From the NCBI GenBank assembly GCA_021613535.1, contig CP075494.1, positions 8,742,001 through 8,806,000 on the forward strand: a stretch of 64,000 nt of DNA. Reading direction: 5' to 3'. Within the stretch, counting starts at the first letter, position 1, and each line of letters begins with the position of its first letter. Source of the DNA: Adineta vaga (taxonomy: Eukaryota; Animalia; Rotifera). Of this stretch, positions 47,365 to 59,517 are shown one piece after another. The position numbers were made by a program, and so were the translations under genes. The notes under the pieces are model-generated. The model was not told where the DNA came from and did no database searches. It was given only the letters and a program-made list of their open reading frames with translations.

Positions 47365-48827
47365 CTTCTTTTGTAAGTAATGTAAATGTGTGTATAGCGA
47401 AGTTGTTTATCTTATGTAGTGAAGAGAGAAGAAATGAAAGGAAAGTAGTAACGTTTATATATGAATATATATAGCATTATGTTAGCTATAATCTACTATT
47501 GATATTCGTCTATTGATAGCTACATCTGGCAAGAAGAAGGACAGAAGGATTTTTTTCTTTCGATTGTAATACGTAGTTTGATAAATGAGTATTACAGAGA
47601 GAAGATGATAAGAATAGCTATACTTCATTGATATTTCATAGGTTAAAGACAAGCTTTGAAATAATGGGTAAGAATAACGAATAGATGCAGAGATCTACAA
47701 CTATTTAATTGTATAAAATGTCAAACTAATTAAGATATCTCTCATGAGAATAATAGAGACCAAGATTTTCGTCGATGGGTCACTGTAATATGTCATAGAA
47801 AAAAAAACAAATCAAAGAGAAGAAAATATACGTGTTTTGGAAAAACAAAATTCTAATAATATACATCAATGTTGACATTTGTATACTGATAAACATCTTC
47901 TGAAGACACGTATCTAGTTTTACAATCTGCCAATATCTGCCATATATGTGAAGTGTAACATATACGTATAAATAGTTGATACAAGACATTCATTCGATTG
48001 TCATTCTTATTCTTTGAACTATCTCAAAAACAGAACGATCGATCGAACTGATCTCTATTATGAAATACAATATGTTATATGTCATACCGATAGTTTTACG
48101 CTCAAGTTACAGAATTTGGTTACCATCAAACGTTTTTTTCTGAGATTTACATTGATTTTCTAAAATATTTCGGTTAAATTCAATGATGAATTTATCCTTA
48201 CCAATAACGAGTTCACAATAAATATATTAATTCACATCGTTGTTGTTAAATGAATAAAACTCTTTGTCATATATGAAATAACTATTTTTTTTCTGGTTAA
48301 AATAGTACAAAGAAAATTACAATAATCTTGTGTGCGCTTTATTTCATCTTTAGACGAACTTCTTTTTCAATAATTTTTATAACCAAATAGAAATTGAGCG
48401 ACATCTAATTGTTACTTTTCCTGATCACGAAATTTTCCTTTGACAAACAAACTGTTCGTCATTTCGTGATTGACTAAAATCGATTCATATACGAATATTA
48501 TGAAAATCTTTGTAGTTATGATAGATAAGTAGCGTCAATTATATTCGAATAATGTATCTTGCTCATCTGCCCACATAATTATAAACCTTGGGTGCACCTT
48601 TTAAAAGAACGAATCAAGAAGATGCGAAGAAATATCGACGAAAAAAAAGGCGAGTATGTACATCCATCGCTATTAGAGAGGCAGAACGACAAAATACGAA
48701 ATATAAACAGAACACACATAGGTATCGAACGAAAAAGAACGAATAGAGAAAGAGACGGGGGAGAAAAAGCAACAACAGAAATGAAGAAGAAAAGAAACGA
48801 AGAAAGAAATCAGTTGAAACACACATA

Positions 48828-49550
48828 ATGGACTCTCCAACAATCATGTCGGATAACGAAGACGAACCTTTATTAAATGTATCTACTAACGAAACATCTT
48901 CGAATAATCGTCGATGTCCAACTTGTCGAGGAACAGGTCTTGTTATTCAATCATCCGGTCTTGTTGCCTTAATTCCAGTCGATGATGTTCGATTAAAACG
49001 ACGACATACATTCTGGTGGATCATACTTACAATCATCTTTTGTACACTTATTGCTGCAGCTGTTATTGCTGTTCTTCTTCCACGTTCTGTACATTTATCT
49101 TTACAAAATCCTCTTGTAATCGATGCAACGAATGATACATCAAGAAATCATAGTTGTTTTTATATGAAATTTTATCATTATACAATGATTAAATCTGATA
49201 ATTGGGTACCAATACGTTTAATTAATATGACAACATCAATTGAACATCAATTGATACAAGTTGGACCCGATGCAGAAAAAAGTTATGGTACAAAAATGTT
49301 TTTACGACCGTTTGGAACGATATCTTCGAATTTAACTGTTGAACTTTATTTCGATACGGATACAATGGCTTATCGTGTTTGTCGCGGAATATTTCGACAA
49401 ATGCTTATGTTTAAATTACAAACAACATTAACCTACGCTGATTTTCTTCTCAATCGAATTCAAACAACAAATGTTATATCTTATCAATATGTTTTATGTA
49501 ATAAAGGAGAATGGAAACCAGAAGAGGATGTCTTAATAAATAAAACTTGA
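48828..49550 (+). CDS. TMEM106: TMEM106-family type II membrane protein, intronless
   Basis: CPTCRGTG...LVALIPVDDVRLKRRHT, then a TM ending LLPRSV, as in TMEM106A/B/C. Confidence 0.88.
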   Translation: MDSPTIMSDNEDEPLLNVSTNETSSNNRRCPTCRGTGLVIQSSGLVALIPVDDVRLKRRHTFWWIILTIIFCTLIAAAVIAVLLPRSVHLSLQNPLVIDATNDTSRNHSCFYMKFYHYTMIKSDNWVPIRLINMTTSIEHQLIQVGPDAEKSYGTKMFLRPFGTISSNLTVELYFDTDTMAYRVCRGIFRQMLMFKLQTTLTYADFLLNRIQTTNVISYQYVLCNKGEWKPEEDVLINKT

Positions 49551-50141
49551 AAGAAATTTATTCATTTTAAAATAAAATTTCAAGAGAAAGGTCGTTCCAC
49601 ATTTCTAATTGCAAGGTATGTCTTGACGTCAACAATAGAAATGATCGATGTTTACAATTAACGAAGATAAAAGTACATCATACTTATCATGTTTTTTATC
49701 AATCGATATGTGTAGACATATCTAAGGGGAAAATGAACATAACAGTATCTTTATTCATTAATTAGAATAGATAAATAATATAATAGAAGTGAAAGAGATA
49801 GTTCAGAAGACAATGGATTTTTATCTATTTGAATGTAAAACAATAGAATAAACAATACTCTTATAAAAAACGATCATCTATATCATAAAGTTTGTAATTT
49901 TGATTTTTCCTATCAGATTTTGTACTTGGCAAAGATCACGAAACAATCATGTTCTAGTTAATTCTTATGACACATATATTTGTCGAAAATGGAGTATTGA
50001 AGAAAACGATCGTCAAAATCAAACATTTTTACACCTTAATATCGATGTATGTGTAGCCTCAAAAAGTAAAAAAAAAGAAATGCGCAATGAAGCAAAACGT
50101 CAACAACCATATTCATATATGCAGGTACAAGATACACTAGT

Positions 50142-51304
50142 ATGTTCGAAGGATCTTATTCTCGTCGTCGTCGTCGTTTTTTTAAAACTCTATTATTTGC
50201 GATCTTAGCCGCATTAATCTTAATTATAATTCTATATTGTTATCAAAATATCAGTACGTTTACTCAATCTTCTCAAACATATCATTCCAACTATCCAGAT
50301 ATTCTCAAAAAACAACCCTCTGAAAAACGTCGACCTCGATTAAATATTGATCTCAGACTAAAAACTACATCAGCATCATAACACAGACCGAAGGAAAGGA
50401 ACCGAAAAATTTCCTGTCAATATTCGAATTTACCAATTCGCCTTTTCTCAATCTATCATCGGAATTACCTGTCATCATTCCAATAATAGTTTTTTCTAAA
50501 GCAATAGATATCGAAGTACGTGATGCTATTCGACGAACATGGGGATTCGATCAATTATATAGTAATTCTACTATACAATTTAAAATCTTTTTTCTTGTTG
50601 GAACCGATGATTCTGTGAAGAAACGTATTCAAACTGAACAGATTCTTTTCGATGATGTTATTCAAGTTTCCTTGCCAGATTTCTATTCATTTCTAGCTTA
50701 TAAAGAATTATCCGCTATGCTATGGATGAAAAAATATCTACCCAATAGTCCGTATTATATCAAAACTGAAGATGATGTTATTATGAATATCAATGTTATT
50801 ATCAATCAATTTTTACCAAGTATGGAAAATTATTTGAAGAAAAATTTAGTTATCGGTTGGTTTGATCGAGAACATAATGTTGATCGTGGTATTTATCAAC
50901 GATTTATAAATGCTGTTATTCCACCATCATCCATTGATTTATATTATGCAATGAGTTCATTATATATTGTCACATCTCAAGCATGGAATACTTTGTTAGA
51001 TGCAATAAAAAGCGTAGAAAATATTCAACATCCGGGTGATCCATTTGTCACTGGTATTCTTCGTGAAGCTGCACATGTTGAAATGAAAAATTTAGTCACA
51101 TCAACTGAATATTTTAAATATGAAGTTGGAAGTGGAACATGCAAAGATGCATTTATCAGAGATCCAAAATTATTGTTATGTACATCACCATCGCTTTTGT
51201 CGTCAACAGTAACAAAGACAAGCACCATATCTCGATCACTAACTGAATATTTTGAGGTATGGAATGCACTTTTTAGTAAAAATGTATTACGTAATGAAAA
51301 TTGA
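50142..51304 (+). CDS. GT31 beta-1,3-galactosyltransferase-like protein; 1-nt frameshift near 50360 as assembled
   Basis: Type II TM at the start; RDAIRRTWG, FFLVG, YYIKTEDDV and GDPFVTGIL in the -1 frame. Confidence 0.85.
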
Positions 51305-51523
51305 ATAAAAAAAAAGAATAGTTTACTAAATTTAATATAGATTCTGACAATTGAAAATGAAATGAATAAATACAAAACTTGCGTATTTAATCTTTGGTGA
51401 AATATCATAGGATTTTATTGCTTTTCTTCTGAAAGATTTATGTACACATTTGAGATAGAGATAGTTTTTAGAAAAAAAAAGAAATACATATATATAGACA
51501 ACAGTAAAAACGAACGACAGAAA

Positions 51524-54500
51524 TTAAACTTCAATTACTTCTTGTTCAGCTAGTCGTGGTACGATTGGTCTGAATGATTCATGTTTTGTTCCATTTGGTG
51601 CGGAATTATGTGAAAATGTCTTTAAAGTTCGTGATATCAGAGTTGAAGAAGATAATCCCGATTCGGATTCGATTGGCATTGGTGCTGAAGAATATGTTAC
51701 TGCTATTAATTGTCCATCAGTTGAAAGAGAAACATTCGATGGATTCTCTGATGAAATTAATCGTGATTGATCAAGATTTATTGATGTCGATTCATAATCA
51801 TTATTTAAATTTTGAGGATACGATGAAACATTTGAATGAATAATATCTCCGATGATATCATAGGCACTATTATTAGATTTCATGGCAAATGTTTTAAAAT
51901 CATTTGAATGTTGTCTTACTGTTGAATTCAATTGATACAGAAATGTCTAGGAGAAGAAAAGAAAAAAGAATTCATTCAAATATTGTTCTCATGCACGTCA
52001 AAATCTTCGAGCATTTAAATGATGTTTAATCGATTGATGACATATTTCGATGATGCATCAATCTTAACGCAACAAAGAAGAATTCTATTGCATACATCTA
52101 TATATTTCCTACGATTACATGTAAATTTAATTATTCTAGCTGCCAAAAGCGAGACATTCTAATCGGTTGATGACATTAAACAACTAATCAAATTTGTCTT
52201 CTACATTCTTTTTCTTTCGCGATTGCTCGTTCACACTTCTTCTCATCATTTTCGCTTCGTTATCATTTGACATGTCGTATTATCCATCAAAAAAGAGAGT
52301 TGCTTTCTTTTTTCTTTTTATTTTAATTGGAAAAAATATGCTCGTTATTCTGCTGTCACCCATAGTATGAATCAATGCATCGGTGAACATATGGAAAGAG
52401 AAGGCATTCAAAATGAATTTGTCTATGCACCATCTGTTCTTTTCTGTTCATTGTTTTTCTTTTTACCTGTTGTTGATCATCATTAGGAAACGAATGCTTG
52501 CTAGCTTCATCTTGACTTAATCGATTATTAGGAGAAATAATCAATGAGGATGTTAATGATTGTTCACCAGGCCCATTAGCTAGTAGAGGTAATTGTGTGT
52601 CAGTTGGTCCTTGTAAACGATAGAGTAAATTTGTTTCATTTCGATGATTTCGAAATTTTCTTCGATGACGTGAATTTGACGAAAGATAAACTAATTTGAT
52701 CGATATTAAACCGATAATAATTGCAATGGATAATAAAATAAAGATAAGAATAAAATTTAATAATGTTAAATCAAAATATGAATGTTTATGTTGAGAAATG
52801 AGATGAAGTGCATCAAGATATTCACGTGCTGTATCCATAGCAATAGTTTGATTTGTTTGATTTGTACCTGTTGTAAGAACTAATTCAATTTCTCGTATAC
52901 ATGATTGATCAATTGTTTCATTAATTTGATCACGAAGACGAAATTGAAGTATATAATATTCTCGTTCAGGTAATGTCTGTGCTTCTAAAATAAATTGATT
53001 CCGTTCAATGGTTTCAATATGAAATATATCATTAAAATTAAGTAATTCAATTGTACATGTATCATTATCACCATCGAATAAATCTAAAATGAATTGATTC
53101 GATTTGCTTATGGAATTATTTGACCAAAGATCGATATTATAAAATAAAACTGTCGAATTATTTAATAATTCAGGACAATAATCATTTCGATTAAGAATAT
53201 AGATAGTGACAGATACACTTGTATTAAAACCATTATTATCTATTGCAATGATAAGAAATTGATAGATGGAATGTTGTTCGTAATCCAAACCTAAATAATG
53301 AGAATTCATTTGTCTATTAAAGTTTGAAATCAAATCATTTTAGATATTTACCAACAGATGTTGCCTTTAAATATAATGTACCATTTGATGTCAATTCAAA
53401 TGGCCATTCATCTATCATCGTTGTCTCATTATGTACTAATCTATAAGATAATTCACCGTAATATTCATCGATATCAGTAGCATGAACATGACCGATTGGT
53501 GAAAGATGAGACCATGTTTCTGGTATTTCGAAGATGTATTCCGATAGATCAAATATAGGATAATTATCATTTATATCAATTACATGAATAAGACAACGAA
53601 CGGTTGACGATAAAGGTCGAGGTTGACCATGATCAAATGCGATGATATCAAGTTCATAAGTAGATTGTTTTTCTCGATCAAGTTGATCAATCAAATATAG
53701 ATGACCAGTCGTTGAATTAATTGCAAATATTGTTTGATTTTCTAAATGATATTCAATTTGACTATTTAATGTATTATTTTCGTCAGCATCGGTGGCATGA
53801 ATATGTAAAAGTATTGTATTAATAGGTGTAATTTCTGTAATATTAATTGAATAGAAATCTTCATCAAATTTTGGTGTATTATCATTTTCATCCAAGATAA
53901 TCAAAGTAAAATTTAATGTATTTGAATGTGATGATTGACCATGGTCAGATGCAGTTAAAGAAATATTATAATATGATTGATCTTCTCGATCAAAGATGCG
54001 TGATGTAAACATAAGAAAAGCTTCATTATTAAATAATTTTTGTATGGAAATAGATTCATTACTCTCAAGTGACCAACTTATTCGACCATTATCACCTTGA
54101 TCAAGATCACTAATTGAGATATGACCCTATTGAAAAGACAATAGATTATACTAATTAATTCATTCAGTTTTTTTTTTCAAATAAATCCTGAAACTTCTTT
54201 TTTCCCAATGAAGCTAATTCATGCAAACACGCACGGAAAAAAATGCTTCTTTTGGGAATTACACGAGTATGAAAAAAGCCTAACCCTAAAATCAAGGTTA
54301 AAGGTGTCACAAGCAGGCACATACAAGAGTCTTTCTCATCACGCACATCGATTGAAAATGATCACTTACTAGAAATGTGCCATTGGGAGTGTTTTCACGA
54401 ATCTTTAAAAATGTATAAATGGACGTTCCAATGGGTAAATCTTCTATCATTAATGATGATGAGTTATCAATGGATAGTTATCATTTTCATCTTTTATATC

Positions 54501-54668
54501 AATATAAACCATAGCAAAGGCTGGTACTGAACCTTGTTGTGGTCCATTATCTTGTGCTTTAATTTTTATTCGATAAGATTTTTCTTTTTCATAATCAAGT
54601 CTTTTTCCAAGTCGTATTTCTCCTGTTTGTTTTGATAAAATAAATGTTCCATTTGATGGAGGATTTCC
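51524..54668 (-). CDS. Protocadherin-like gene, 5'-truncated (partial cadherin repeats, TM, cytoplasmic tail)
   Basis: LDYE/FDRE/LDRE and DENDN/DINDN/NRNDY cadherin motifs. Exons about 54668-54370, 54126-53352, 53290-52467 and 51946-51524. No signal peptide or first repeats found upstream. Confidence 0.85.
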
Positions 54669-54694
54669 TCATTAATATACGACATATTGAACAT

Positions 54695-54865
54695 ACATAC
54701 ATCTAGACAGAAGACATACATCTAGACAGAAGAAATCGAGAGAGCGAAGGAACGAATGTACGCAATAAGAATGAGAGAAGAGAATTAACATCAATGCGGG
54801 AGAAGGAGGATACATCTAGACAGAAGAAAGAGAAGCGAAGAAACAGATACGCAATAAGAATGAGT
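54695..54865. repeat. Imperfect local duplication (ATACATCTAGACAGAAGA x3, with a degenerate extension)
   Basis: Copies start near 54697, 54716 and 54810; two continue into ...AGCGAAG...TACGCAATAAGAATGAG with scattered indels. Confidence 0.85.
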
Positions 54866-54884
54866 TGAGCTCTTTTTTTGTATG

Positions 54885-54931
54885 AGAAGGAGAAGGAGAA
54901 GAAGAAGAAGAAGAAGAAGAAGAAGAAGAAG
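54885..54931. repeat. (GAA)n/purine microsatellite
   Basis: Read directly: gagaaggagaaggagaa followed by a run of about 10 GAA units. Confidence 0.9.
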
Positions 54932-57733
54932 AGAGGAAGGATGTGTGAGATACGACTGACCGTCCGGTGTCTTTAAAAAAATTAAGCTTTTCATGCTTAT
55001 TGGATTCAGTGGATGAATGATTACCTTTCTTCTCATTTTCTCTTTTTTTTGCGTTGGTTATTCTCATTAAGCTCAACTTACCTATTTCTACAGTGTTTTT
55101 TTACTAGCGTTCATTTACCTCGCTTTCAAACGGAAACCGAATATGAACAAAAAAAAAACGCGAGTGCGCTCTTGCACGAGTCACCACTAAGTGCTCTGCG
55201 AAGGACATAGGCAATTTTGTTAAATAGAATGAATGTCTGCATACATACACGAATGTATTTATAAATGTCAAATAAGTAGACAAAGATTGACATAATATAG
55301 TCATTTCAATGAACATAAGTCAAATCACACCTTGGTCAACTTAAGAAAATGGCAGACTATATGATCATTTAAGTGTGTGAAGTTGACTATCGTGTGAATA
55401 TACACATATTGTTTACTTTCTCTTTTGTTATTTCTTGTTTTATTAGATCACTAACTGTTGATGATCATCAAATTGAATAGTTTTGAAGAGTGGACATACA
55501 ACAGATAGATGTTCTGCTCGAGCTGAGCGATTATCATCATTGATAGAAGTGTCCAATGCATCACATTGTTGCAATTGGCACTTGAAAAAGAGACATACAC
55601 CAAAAAAGTATCGGTCTTTCTCACTTACTCTATGACAGCTTCTCTCAAGATGATTACGTAAAACACAAAAAAAGAGAGAATGAAGAGAGAGAAGAAAAAA
55701 AGAAATCTTCAACAAGGATAATTGCTAGTTAGACTATGCATGATGCAAGAATATCAAATAAAAAAAAATCAATGTAATTTTCATCCCTATATGTATGTAT
55801 GTATGAGCACATTTTTCGTTCGTCATTCTTTTTGTCTTTTTTTTCATGCAAGTGAATACCTTGATTTTTATCTGATCGTATGTATACGTCTTCATTTGCA
55901 AATTTGAGACAATGACATGAATGCATTCACATCATACATGCAAACATCTATATGTCCATCACAAGGAATTATGATCATCTCTTTTGTCCATCAAGCAAGA
56001 ATTGAATAATGCTTAGAAAAACATACGCAGTAGTGGTAACGGTCTAATCGTTATTGCGACTGTTTGTTCAATTGTGTCTGTCGGTTTGATTCTTTACACA
56101 TCATGATAGTTCATTCATTTCTTTTATAGCATAGCGAGAGCAATACCGGATACATGACGTTAATGATGTGTTTTCACAGATTCGCCTGCATTCGTTAATA
56201 TTACCATCGTTTATCTTTCACATTGATATATAGCATAGTCAGTTCTAATTACGACATAACTCGCTCACGGGTGGTGCAACAGATGTTTCAAGCACATACC
56301 GATCAATGAAGGACATAATAGGAAAAAGAGTTTTTCTTTCCTTGCTTGTAATATATACAAATGTTTGTCTAAAGACTAAAAGTTTCTAAAGTAGTCATGT
56401 CATCGTGTACAATGAATAAGTTTCGAATACATTTCTACTTATTTTGTATGTATATATACTTCACACTTGCTTACTTATATATTCAATAGATGTGTTATAT
56501 ACAAATCAGTGTTCTCCTTCGTATTCTGACATCTCAGCAGTCGATAAATAAGTGAAAATGAACGTCAATGATATCAAATCTTATGTAATCAGTTTTTGTG
56601 TCTGACATTTTCTATCTTTACGCATATGGAAAAAGGTGAAGAAACAGTTTATATCTTGCTGAGTTTGTAATCAATGTCAATCATATCAAAGACAGAATGT
56701 CTCATTAAAATGAGTGACATAAAAGGGCTTTTTAGTTTAGTTGACATTGAACCTTTCTTTTTTTTTCTATTTCTTCTTTTCTCGTCCATTAATGGGAAGA
56801 TTAGTCGCGACAAAAGTAATTGCTGCTCTGGTCAATACTATAAATGAAATCGTGCGCGTACATTCATTTCCTGTCACCGTTTTTCTTTTCTGTACAAGAA
56901 TAGCATCAACACCGGGCAGTTGTGCTACCGGCATCAAAAGGGAAATGGAAATGATTATTATATGAAATTCATGGACAAACTAAAGCCTAACAGGAAATAG
57001 TAACCAACATAGAATAAAGTCGGAAAATGATGATGAATATAGTATTTCACGAACTTAATTGTAAGAAATCAACGTAGATTCTTTCAGTCCATTTAATAAT
57101 AAGAATGGGTCAGTTTTCACATTAGAATAATGAATGACAATTAAAGTAAAAGTAAAAGTAAAATTGTTATATAATATAATCATTAGATTCAATTCAATCA
57201 AATAAATGATCAAAAGAAAAGAAATTTTTTGTATTTCACTATTCTTCATATCGTAGAGATTCAGAATAATTTGACTGGAAAATCATATCTTATTGGATAA
57301 AGCGTGTGTCCTTGTGAATGATTACTTTATAGAATATCAAATTACGAAAAGCAATTAGTTGTGTACTATTTTTTTCTCATTATGATTTACAAAATTAGAA
57401 ATATTATCATTTGATTGGGAATGTCGATTAGGAAAGAGAATACTATGGGATTTATAAGAAAATTCTTCCATAGATTCTCTCTAATGTAACTAATGTGAAT
57501 CAAAAGTTTTAAAAACAATCGATGAAGCGTACACTATTCAGAAGATCAGCACTTGTTATTTATTTAGAAAGATTTTTGTCTGACAAATGATATATCTTTC
57601 GTTCCGTATGAATTCATAATATGTTTCTCGTTTTTTATTTTATTTATTGTTTACATAAGATACATGCTTTTCAATGTGTAACATAAACTCGTATATGATA
57701 TGATCAATGTCATTGATTTTGTTTGTATTTATT

Positions 57734-59125
57734 CTAACGACGATGATGTTTACTTCGACTAGATGAACTAACAGGTGAACGAGATCTATGATGAAACAAG
57801 AGACTAAAATTTGTTTTTATGAAATAATCAAATTACCTTGATCGTCGTCGTTCATGTTGATCATTGGAACGTTTAGAACTATGTGGTGAAACTGAACGTT
57901 TACGATTATTTGATGAAGATGCTTTGTCATGTTGACTGTGAAGAAAAAGATGAGTTTTGTTTTTCAGTATTAATAGTGATACATACGGTTTTTTCTCATT
58001 AGATCGTCGACTGTCCGACGAAGATGATGAACTTGAATGTCTGCAAAGAACAAGTCTTTAATAGAACTTTGAAATAGATAGGAAATTTTCTTACGAAGCT
58101 TCTCTTCGATGATTGTCTGATGATTTCTTATCACTATTTGATGAACTAGCTTGATGACGATTTTTATCTTCATCTTCCGCATCATCACTGTCTAAGGCAT
58201 ACTAAAATATGGATACATGAAATATGAGCTATGTAAAATCTTTTTTTTTGTCTCATACCTTTTTAGCATCAAAACCATCTTCATCATCATCATCATCATC
58301 ATCTTCATCTTCCTCTTCATCATTGTCCTACATGAAGAAAAAAAACAATCAGTTAGAAAAATATATTCTGCATAAGAATGAAAAAACAAGAAATTTACTA
58401 AATACTCACTGTAAAAATATTACCTCTCCCATCGATCGAGAATCGTTTTTATTACCATTAGAATTTCCATCATCATTATCATCATAATCTCCAGTTGTAT
58501 TACGAATCTTCTTTTTTCTACGTCCAAACTAAAACGATCAAATGAGAGAAATACAAGATCAAGCATAGAGCATTTACTTCATCATATTCGGCATCGGATT
58601 CTTGACGATTTTCATTATATTCAACACCGTCACGTTCATTGTATCCTCCGCCGGCACCTGAAAATATGCAAATCATTATTTCTTATATTTCAAAATAATC
58701 TTTATACCAGTTCGTGCTTCAGTTTTTTGAACTCTTGGCATATTACACATATTACAAGTTGATCGACGTGCCCAATTAATATTTCCACAACTAAAATAAT
58801 ATTAATAAATAATTTTTCTTTTTAAAGGATAGGATTTAAAGAAAACCTTTTGCATTGCCAATCTTCAGGTGAGAAAAGCCCACCACTTTTTTCTGCAGCT
58901 TTCTTTCCAATAAATAATCGATCACTGGAACTCAATTTTTCAGGTCTTCTACCGGATGCTTTTTTTTTAAAACAAAGAAATAAATTATTCGAAACATCAA
59001 GAAGATAGCTTACATCGATGAGAACTACTACCACTATCCTCATCATCATCTCGACTATGACGTCGTCCACGAGAAGATCGAGCATGGGATTTGTCCCGTC
59101 GATCAGAATCATCACAATCGCTCAT
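57734..59125 (-). CDS. ZRANB2: ZRANB2-like RS splicing factor, multi-exon
   Basis: IGKKAAEKSGGLFSPEDWQCKSCGNINWARRSTCNMCN, RTGAGGGYNER, EYDEFGRRKKK, an acidic tract and an RS-rich tail. Confidence 0.92.
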
Positions 59126-59517
59126 ATTGTTTTTATATGAAAATTTGGCCTACAAATGAATATAAATGAAATGAAGAACAAACGATACAAAAAAGATAAT
59201 TCGTTGTGGTTCAAAGACAAATCACAATGGAGTGTCAAGCAAATAAAGATTTATATTTTTATACATTTGATAATTCCTTTTCCAACAAAAAAAAATGAAT
59301 TAAATGAATTATAATGGTTAATTTTCCATCAGTGTATATTTCTAAAACTATCCTATACACTAAAGCCATCTATCGAATGGTGTAAAAATGTTGAAGTGTG
59401 AGATCCTATTCAATCGAGATAGATGTATTTATTTGAGATAGTCTTGTTTTTTGTTTCATTCTTTCTTACGATAAAATATTTATTGAAGAAAAGAAAAAGT
59501 GAATACATCGAGGCTTT

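Noticed and set aside
50351-50381. Programmed -1 frameshift in the GT31 gene
   Set aside because: The zero frame reads A AAA ACT, which is not an X XXY YYZ heptamer; a homopolymer indel is the simpler explanation.
54695-54865. CRISPR-like direct repeats
   Set aside because: Only three copies with irregular spacing and non-unique spacers, in a eukaryotic context with no cas genes.
54791-57249. Short ORFs as the missing protocadherin 5' exons
   Set aside because: No cadherin motifs; the poly-Leu and poly-Ser runs come from the GAA microsatellite.
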